Shown here piece by piece: positions 1 through 6,201 of a stretch of 9,414 bases of DNA (position 1 is its first letter; every line of letters begins with the position of its first letter). The stretch comes from Andalucia godoyi And28 (lineage: Eukaryota; Protista; Jakobida). The position numbers and the translations under genes are program-made. Below the pieces are notes generated by a model. It worked only from the letters and a program-made list of their open reading frames with translations. It had not been told where the DNA came from and did no database searches. The stretch covers positions 240,140-249,553 of the forward strand of contig VRVR01000035.1 of the NCBI GenBank assembly GCA_009859145.1, given 5' to 3'.

Positions 1-28
<28 letters not shown>
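1..28. repeat. (CT)14 microsatellite, cut by the window edge, at the start of a ~145-nt pyrimidine-rich tract
   Basis: Direct read: ctct... at 1-28, then T/C-rich sequence to 147. Confidence 0.95.
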
Positions 29-32
<4 letters not shown>

Positions 33-147
33 TTTTTGTTGTATTCGCATGTTATTTCAGTCCACCTGCTTGCTCACCTCGCTTCTCACAATGGTCTTTT
101 CTCTTTCTCTTTCTTTTGGTTTTTTGTTGTTGCTTATCCATCATTAG

Positions 148-222
148 AAACCGTATGCAAAGCAGTTCTTGGGAGACCAGTCCGTTTGCGACGTCGACGT
201 TGACATCTCATGGCGCCCGTAA
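148..222 (+). CDS. Possible last coding exon of an upstream gene (KPYAKQFLGDQSVCDVDVDISWRP*), product unknown
   Basis: A long pyrimidine tract ends in TCATTAG (AG 146-147), the same acceptor context as intron 2 of the C2-WW gene. An open frame follows to TAA 220-222, with AATAAA at 281-286. No family recognised; phase assumed. Confidence 0.3.
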   Translation, partial: KPYAKQFLGDQSVCDVDVDISWRP

Positions 223-447
223 TTTCCACATGCAAGCATCTGCGTCCAAAAAGAAGAGAGTCGTCGAGGAAGAAGAAAGCAATAAAAAGAAAAAATAACA
301 TGAAGACGTCAAGAATGCCATCTGCTGTACCGAAATTCGCTCTCCTAGCCGTGCATCACGTTCTGCGGTACGACACGATATCACGATGAATATTTTATTC
401 CTACAGCAAGACTGGGTGGATCTTGTGTCGCTGCATCGTTGCGCAGA

Positions 448-1716
448 ATGGATCATCCGATCGTTGCGATTGCGCGAGCGGACCAAGCTGCAAGTGTGCG
501 GCAGTCTTTGAATTTAATTTTGGGAAACCGCAAGCTGCACAAGGACCCCGTGGCTGCGTTTGATCGACGGCTCTTCCAGTGCCGAACGGCTTCACGCGAT
601 CCTTTGTTTCCGGACAGCATGTTTTGCGACGGTTTCCTCAAGGATGATTTGATGAAGGCGGGTGTAGCAGAGGAACAGGAGGCACTGGCGATCGGAAATT
701 CAGTGAAGACGGCGTCGAAGCTGGCCGCGATGATCTTGAAGCAGTGTCGTCAGCTGTGCGAAGCAGAGGCATCATTGGAGATTTCGACATGTGCTGATCT
801 TGTGCGGCTGGAGCGGTTTGCAGACCACGATTTCGCAAATGTGGTGTTTTCATGCACGGAATTCAGAAGGAGAATCGATGCGAAGAAATGGGCTGTTGTG
901 CTGCGTGCATGCCCGACGCTGGCTTCGGCCGACACAATTCTGCTCAGCATTGATCCTGCCTTGTTGGATCGCTTGCGAAAGACATTCCATGAGAATTGCA
1001 AATCGATGAAGGGCTTTGCTTTGCATTTGTTTTTGCTTATGTATAGATACGATACACTTGGTGGTCCTGGGTACCAAGGAGCGCTGCCGGACGACGTCTT
1101 TGAGCTTCTGCGAAACACGTTCGATGTGTCAGTCGAGAGCTTTGCGTCGCCACTGAATCGTGTTCTTCCGCACTTTTGCTCGGCATTTCCAGATACCGAT
1201 GCGATTTTTGGCAGTCTGGGTTCGTTTTTTGCCGTCGACAGGATTCCAGAAGGCTCGAATGGCTCATTTGAAGCCAATCCGCCGTTTGACTTGTCCTTCA
1301 TGGCAGATTTCGTGGACCACATGACAAGACTTTTAAAGACGCCGAAGCCGTGCAGTTTTGTCGTCATCGTACCCGCGTACAAGAAAGATGCAGAGTATTG
1401 GGCGAAACTGGCGACACATCCAATGCTACGCTTGATGGCTTCTCTGGGGTCTTCCAAGCATGCATACAAGGAAGGATTTCACTATCGACTCCGAAAAAAG
1501 CTGCGCATGGCCGAATTCGAAACGGGTGTTTTCGTCATTCAGAATGACGCAGGCGCTAAGAACTGGCCTATACCGAAGGACTTCAAGACAGACTTGCACA
1601 CCGCGTTTGATTCCGAAGATGCACCAAGTTCTTCCGCGAAGACTGCAGGTCGAAAATGTGGTGACACGGAATCCGCTGATGCTGGGCGCAGCGCAAAGAA
1701 GTTCCGAAAGTCCTGA
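448..1716 (+). CDS. PCIF1: PCIF1/CAPAM-like cap-specific adenosine N6-methyltransferase, ~422 aa, apparently intronless
   Basis: Motifs match PCIF1: AFDRRLFQCR..DPLFP (cf. SFNRWMLER..DPLLP), RYDTLGGPGYQGALP, FELLRNTFDVSVESFASPLN (FASPLN 1141-1158), FCSAFPDTDAIFGSLGSFF, GSFEANPPF (NPPF 1276-1287), SFVVIVP, H.YKEGFHY. The ORF track starts at TTG 439; the first in-frame ATG is 448. Stop TGA 1714-1716. Confidence 0.92.
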   Translation: MDHPIVAIARADQAASVRQSLNLILGNRKLHKDPVAAFDRRLFQCRTASRDPLFPDSMFCDGFLKDDLMKAGVAEEQEALAIGNSVKTASKLAAMILKQCRQLCEAEASLEISTCADLVRLERFADHDFANVVFSCTEFRRRIDAKKWAVVLRACPTLASADTILLSIDPALLDRLRKTFHENCKSMKGFALHLFLLMYRYDTLGGPGYQGALPDDVFELLRNTFDVSVESFASPLNRVLPHFCSAFPDTDAIFGSLGSFFAVDRIPEGSNGSFEANPPFDLSFMADFVDHMTRLLKTPKPCSFVVIVPAYKKDAEYWAKLATHPMLRLMASLGSSKHAYKEGFHYRLRKKLRMAEFETGVFVIQNDAGAKNWPIPKDFKTDLHTAFDSEDAPSSSAKTAGRKCGDTESADAGRSAKKFRKS

Positions 1717-1818
1717 AAAAGGTTTTTCTAAGCAAATGCTGCTGTGCGCGCTGTTCCAGCTTCCTTACGCCCTCGGAAGTCGGATTCCGCAAATCAATTC
1801 AAACCAATGTACAGATTA

Positions 1819-1824
1819 TTTATT
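1819..1824 (-). terminator. Candidate AATAAA polyadenylation signal of the RING-IBR-RCR gene
   Basis: + strand TTTATT at 1819-1824, ~85 nt downstream of the TGA at 1909-1911. Confidence 0.45.
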
Positions 1825-1866
1825 TATGCCAATGTATCAAAAATTGCTGCACATGCTGATGATGAC

Positions 1867-1897
1867 AATAGTAATAGTAAGAATAATAATAATAATA
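1867..1897. repeat. Imperfect (AAT)n microsatellite between the convergent genes; pure (AAT)5 at 1882-1896
   Basis: Direct read: aatagtaatagtaagaataataataataata. Confidence 0.8.
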
Positions 1898-1908
1898 CAA
1901 TCCAAAAC

Positions 1909-4401
1909 TCAAAATTTGCCCAAATGTCTGCAAATTGCACATCCGAGAAGAAACTCCTGGCCGGCAGGCGGGTGCTTCATCTGCGTAGGGCACAGCCGTG
2001 GGCCGGGGCACCGCGGTAAATCCTTGATATTATATTTCGTGACGTAGTCACCGCGATCTTGCCGGGTATGGCAGGAGTCGCAAAAGTGCGTATTACCCCA
2101 GCAGTACCAGTTTGCAATGTTGCAGCAATATCTGCACTTGTACTCAATGAACCGCTTGCCATGGGTCATGCAGATCGCCTCGGGACGATTACCCGCGACA
2201 CAGGATCCGCAAATCAACTCTTTGCGATTGATTCTTCGCTTGTTTGGCTCTAAACTGACTGTATCGACGCCTTTGCAAAACTTCTTTTTGAGCCAGGCCT
2301 TGAGTGACGCGAACACCCCTCCGCGATCACCGCCATCGACTTCCTGGGCCTTTCTTTCAAGAGAGACACCAACGCTGCCTCGGTCTGCATGCTCGTTGTT
2401 GTTGTCTCCCGTTCCGTCAGCGTCTCCGGACTCGTCATCCTCAACAACCTCCTCTTCTACTGCAGCCATGCACTGCTTCATTCCGCCAAAGTATGGCTGC
2501 TCACACTCTGCGCACATGTAGTACATGAAGTGTCTAAGGGGATCCTCATCTTCCGCCAGTTTGTACTGCTCGACTGCAGCTCTTTCCAGCGCCTTGCTTT
2601 TGACGTCCTCTCGCAGTTTCCAGTGAGGAGCAAGATACTTGCGCAGGCTGTCGTGATCAATGTCCTTTGTGCACAGTGGGCACTGCAGAAAGCCAAACGA
2701 GATGTGTGCAGTGTGCCATGCCTTTTGAAGCCGTTTGCGTATGCACATGTAATGAAAAACGTGTCCACATTTCAACTGGACGCTCGGAGACGCAGAGAAG
2801 GTTTCGGTCCAGCAGATATTGCAGAAGTCTTCGCCCATCTGAGAACAAGCGAGACACTCCAGATGGTCCTTTTCACCACGAACTCCACCACATGCATGTC
2901 CGCAATCGAGAGTCGCCGAGCACGAAATTGACGATCGCAACTGGCACTCCTTGGAAGAGCAGCAGTCCGCCGGTCGATACAGTCTTGGAACGGGAGGTTT
3001 CTGCGAAGCGTTAGAAAGCCGCTCTGCGAAAACGCTGCTGCTGCCTGAGGATGATGGATAACCGCTGCTATACGCAGAGGGCGGGGTGGGAGCGTGTTGC
3101 TGCTGCTCGGAAGGCAGAGCAGCCGCAAGATCTGCCTTTTTCGCAAGCGGTCCACTGATTGGAATTTGGCACCATCTGCATTTTTGCGCAACGAGTGTCT
3201 GGCGATACTCTTCACACGTAAGATTGTGATGAAACGGCATTGCTTTGCAACTTGCACAAAACTCGGTAGCGCACTCTCGGCATCGAAACCGGTTCTGATC
3301 GTGGTTCTCCTTGCGCTGCTTGTCAATTGCAACACTAGAAATTGTTTCTCCGGCAAGCGGCGATGGTTGTTCCGATACCAATTCAACTGCATCTGCGTTT
3401 GACTGCGTTCTCATGTTCTGATTCTGATTCTGGTTCTGGTTATGGTCGTGGACATGGGCGTGATTGGGTCCATGTCCTTGCTCACCGTGATGATGATGAC
3501 CACGGCGGCAGCAGTTCAGCCTCTGAAGAAGTGTTATCCTTGGCACCTCCTGTTTTGCTTTCCGAGAATGCAACGATGGTGAGAGGCACGGGGCTGCAGG
3601 AAGCGGCTCAAATACACATCCGCAGCCTTGCTTTGGACATCGAACCAACTTCAGAGAGTCATGCTGCGCTTCATCGATTGACTGGCCATTTCTGACGGTT
3701 ATCGCTGCTGTCGTCGTTTCTGCGCTTGCCAACAAACTGTCGACAACGTTCGTTACGGATGCTGAAACAGATGAAACAGATGATGACGAAGATGAAGAAG
3801 ACGGGTGGTCCAAAAGAGCAAGGAACTTGGCTTCGAGATAGCTTTCAAAGATCGGGCCGAGTTCCTTGATGGAGACCTGAACATCGCAGACGGGACACGT
3901 AGTCTTTTCGTACCGTCTTAGATGCTGATCGATGCATTCCGAGCAAACGCAGTGATTACACTCTTCGAGAATAGTAATCTTTCGAACAAAGGTTTCCTTT
4001 TCACACTTTTCACATTGAATTCGCCCCGGAGAAGTCTGCGGAAGACTGTCGAACTCATCTCCGGCACCAAGGACATTGGAGTCCCCAAAGACACACGATC
4101 GCTTTGCACTGCTCGGCTGTTTCTTCCTCGACGACAGCCTGCTTCCAGGGCCGCAGCTTGCACTACTGCGGACCGGAGTAGTCTGGCTCGAACCGTCAAA
4201 TCGCGGAAGCACATTCACAGAACCTGACACAGAAGCTGAAGAAGAAACTGCAGATGAATTGTGATCCGCGAACAAAGCGACCGCATTCGTCGCGCAATCG
4301 CTCTTGCTTGGAGTCGTCTTGATAACACACGGATGCATCGCAGGCGAATTGCCCACTTCTTGAAATGGCTTTCGTCTCGGAGTTGTTTCAACCGACTGCA
4401 T
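1909..4401 (-). CDS. Putative E3 ubiquitin ligase: RING-HC (RBR RING1-like) + IBR + MYCBP2/Highwire/RPM-1-type C-terminal RING-H2 and tandem-cysteine (RCR) domain, ~830 aa
   Basis: C3HC4 RING CEKC..CNHCVCSEC..CPVC (4014-3886). IBR CPKQGC...CRECATEFCASCKAMPFHHNLTC (3639-3214). PHR-type Zn segments CRWC...CSSKEC and CGHACGGVRGE. RING-H2 CNICWTE..LKCGHVFHYMC..ISFGFLQCPLC (2823-2671). Then YYMCAECEQPYFGGMKQC, ELICGSC, HGKRFIEYKCRYCCNIANWYCWGNTHFCDSCH and HPPAGQEFLLGCAICR, collinear with the MYCBP2 C-terminus. Start is ATG 4401 or 4338. Not a full-length MYCBP2 orthologue, so no symbol is given. Confidence 0.9.
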   Translation of the reverse strand: MQSVETTPRRKPFQEVGNSPAMHPCVIKTTPSKSDCATNAVALFADHNSSAVSSSASVSGSVNVLPRFDGSSQTTPVRSSASCGPGSRLSSRKKQPSSAKRSCVFGDSNVLGAGDEFDSLPQTSPGRIQCEKCEKETFVRKITILEECNHCVCSECIDQHLRRYEKTTCPVCDVQVSIKELGPIFESYLEAKFLALLDHPSSSSSSSSVSSVSASVTNVVDSLLASAETTTAAITVRNGQSIDEAQHDSLKLVRCPKQGCGCVFEPLPAAPCLSPSLHSRKAKQEVPRITLLQRLNCCRRGHHHHGEQGHGPNHAHVHDHNQNQNQNQNMRTQSNADAVELVSEQPSPLAGETISSVAIDKQRKENHDQNRFRCRECATEFCASCKAMPFHHNLTCEEYRQTLVAQKCRWCQIPISGPLAKKADLAAALPSEQQQHAPTPPSAYSSGYPSSSGSSSVFAERLSNASQKPPVPRLYRPADCCSSKECQLRSSISCSATLDCGHACGGVRGEKDHLECLACSQMGEDFCNICWTETFSASPSVQLKCGHVFHYMCIRKRLQKAWHTAHISFGFLQCPLCTKDIDHDSLRKYLAPHWKLREDVKSKALERAAVEQYKLAEDEDPLRHFMYYMCAECEQPYFGGMKQCMAAVEEEVVEDDESGDADGTGDNNNEHADRGSVGVSLERKAQEVDGGDRGGVFASLKAWLKKKFCKGVDTVSLEPNKRRINRKELICGSCVAGNRPEAICMTHGKRFIEYKCRYCCNIANWYCWGNTHFCDSCHTRQDRGDYVTKYNIKDLPRCPGPRLCPTQMKHPPAGQEFLLGCAICRHLGKF

Positions 4402-4700
4402 ATTCCACGAAAGTGTTTTCTTAACGTTTTAACCAATTCCCGAATGACGCAAAAGTGTACAAAAATTGACTATGCAATAGCCTCCGCTTGCAAATATATA
4501 TAATTATTAAAAATAAAATATGAGCAGCCGCACACTTCTATGTGCATACACGAAAATGAAGGCAAACCAACAAACAATTAATAAAAAAAAACCGATTAAC
4601 TGCCATTTCGGAAGGAAAAACCTTTAAAGTCGAAAAGCAGAAAGATTAGCGAGATGAAAGACGCGGGAAGAATTAACGGTGTGAGACTACGACTGGTTAA

Positions 4701-5879
4701 TTATTTAATGTAGTCGCGGGCCCAGATTTCCACGTTTGGAAATTCCCACTGGAGCTCGTCAACGGGTGCGGTCTGGAGAGCGGGACATGTGCTTGCGTTT
4801 AAGTGCTTGAGCATTGGGCAAGCAGTCAGGAACTGCCGTACGACGTCTGCATCGATTCCGGGACACCCGTCAACGACGAGGGTTTGAAGACGGGTGCACA
4901 TCATGAGTGCTTGAAGGACAGTCTGAGGAACGACCGCTGCATAGCGCGCAATGGAGACGGTCGTGAGCGTCTCGGCCAGCTTACCGAACAAAGCAGCCAG
5001 CCCGGCTTCCGAGTGCCCGCTTGCATTTACACTGCCGCTTGTGCTTGTGCTTGCGCTTGCACTCACGTTCATGCCTTCAAGAATCAGCGTCCGTAGTCGC
5101 GACACGCGGCCGACCTCGGCAAGATCGTCGTCGGTGAGTGGGATGCGAGACAGACAGAGCTCCTCAAGGGCGCCAAATGCGGCGAGCGACCCGGTGGCGA
5201 GCGGAGTGATACCGCGGCACGCCCACAAGTTCAGGTGGGTCAGAGTGGTCGTCAGCGCCGGAGACGGGGTGCCAGCAGCACCCGCAGTCGTACTCGGCGG
5301 CGCCGGCGGATGGTGTGAGTTGACGCTCGCGATCTGCGGGCTTGATGCAGTAGCACTGGCAGCGGAAGGGAGGGGAGGGGGCGAAGCGAGTGACGCTAGA
5401 AAGACAGGGGTGATGCTGGCACACCCGGCTACGGTGAGCATTTGCAAGGCCGGGCATCCGTGGGCGATGAGCGTGGCGTCCGCGTCGGCGAGCGGGGCAA
5501 ATGACAGATCGAGCTTGATGAGGAGTCGTAGCGGGTGAACGGCGAGTGCAGCGAGGATCGACGTTGTGCAAAACGTAGGAATCGAAAGACTCGTGCAGCT
5601 TGCATGAACGGCGAGAAACAGATCCGAGAGAGTCCGCGGCAGAACACCGCGCGCCACAAGAACACTGCCGAGATCCACCTCGCGAAATACCCCACTCGCG
5701 TCGCCGCAGTACGTTCGAAGAAACGCCGTGCTCACGAGTCGCAGTCGCCACAGTTCAATTCCTGTCAAATACACACTTATCCGACGGACAAACAGCTCGT
5801 CCAGCACATACGGCTTCCATAACAGCGTCGAGTCACGCTTCGTTCGAACCAATCCCGCTCGCGACAATTGCCCAACCAT
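4701..5879 (-). CDS. F-box / leucine-rich-repeat (FBXL-like, cysteine-containing LRR) protein, 392 aa
   Basis: F-box-like VLDELFVRRISVYLTGIELWRLRLVSTAF (~5807-5720). LRRs: LIKLDLSFAPL, CPALQMLTVAGCASIT, LTHLNLWACRGIT, LEELCLSRIPLTD, LRTLILEG, LQTLVVDGCPGID, CPMLKHLNASTC. An in-frame TAG (5885-5883) lies just upstream of ATG 5879. Stop TAA 4703-4701. Confidence 0.8.
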   Translation of the reverse strand: MVGQLSRAGLVRTKRDSTLLWKPYVLDELFVRRISVYLTGIELWRLRLVSTAFLRTYCGDASGVFREVDLGSVLVARGVLPRTLSDLFLAVHASCTSLSIPTFCTTSILAALAVHPLRLLIKLDLSFAPLADADATLIAHGCPALQMLTVAGCASITPVFLASLASPPPLPSAASATASSPQIASVNSHHPPAPPSTTAGAAGTPSPALTTTLTHLNLWACRGITPLATGSLAAFGALEELCLSRIPLTDDDLAEVGRVSRLRTLILEGMNVSASASTSTSGSVNASGHSEAGLAALFGKLAETLTTVSIARYAAVVPQTVLQALMMCTRLQTLVVDGCPGIDADVVRQFLTACPMLKHLNASTCPALQTAPVDELQWEFPNVEIWARDYIK

Positions 5880-6039
5880 TCTCTATCTCCTCTTTTTTTC
5901 CCTCTCTCTTGCTTTCTATTCAGCTGTTTTTCTTCTTCCCTCAGACGTCCATCTTATCAGTGCTGCTTTTGAACTGCGCCAAGAGGGGCAGGTTCAGTAC
6001 AGTCGGTGGCAACTTCTTCTGGAGGACGTGTGTTTCTGC

Positions 6040-6121
6040 ATCACCGATCCACGCACACACACGCACATACTCGCACACACTCGCTCTGGCTCACACTAGT
6101 TACTGCTGTCCTATTTTTATT
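6040..6121 (-). terminator. Candidate polyadenylation site of the C2-WW gene: AATAAA followed by a GT-rich element
   Basis: + strand TTTATT at 6116-6121 (~80 nt after the stop). About 20 nt further downstream the minus strand reads tgtgag..gagtgtgtgcgagtatgtgcgtgtgtgtgcgtgg, i.e. the imperfect CA repeat seen on +. Confidence 0.5.
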
Positions 6122-6201
6122 TTGAAATGATGATCGTGATGTTTTGGATTTTTCTTGCATTAAATTTAATAAAAACAGAAGAAGAAGAAAAAAGAAATGC
6201 T

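Noticed and set aside
116-298. 60-aa ORF ending in KKKRVVEEEESNKKKK
   Set aside because: It starts at a non-ATG codon in a pyrimidine tract, and its basic/acidic tail is the translation of an A/G-rich, UTR-like sequence.
750-1469. 239-aa antisense ORF and other overlapping ORFs (1460..2047, 2389..2931, 2772..3392, 4951..5538, 5164..5751, 6767..7150, 7268..7654, 7931..8395)
   Set aside because: They are shadow or alternative frames of well-supported genes and carry no recognisable motifs.
1782-2220. Near-repeat GGAT(T)CCGCAAATCAA(T/C)TC at 1782-1800 and 2203-2220; the UTR copy reads ELICG on the minus strand
   Set aside because: The exact core is only 12 nt, and a few 12-mer matches are expected by chance in 9.4 kb. 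Flanking homology does not extend.
1909-4401. Calling the ligase MYCBP2/Highwire, or a canonical RBR such as Ariadne or Parkin
   Set aside because: It lacks the RCC1, PHR-repeat and other N-terminal MYCBP2 domains, and has no RING2/Rcat after the IBR.
4701-5879. Calling the F-box gene FBXO45/FSN-1, the known PHR partner
   Set aside because: FBXO45 has a SPRY domain; this protein has LRRs.
5881-6099. Plus-strand pyrimidine tract + CAG followed by an open frame (DVHLISAAFELRQEGQVQYSRW...)
   Set aside because: It has no ATG or upstream exon available (it backs onto the F-box start) and no recognisable motif. It is better explained as a GA-rich leader and 3' flank of the minus-strand genes.
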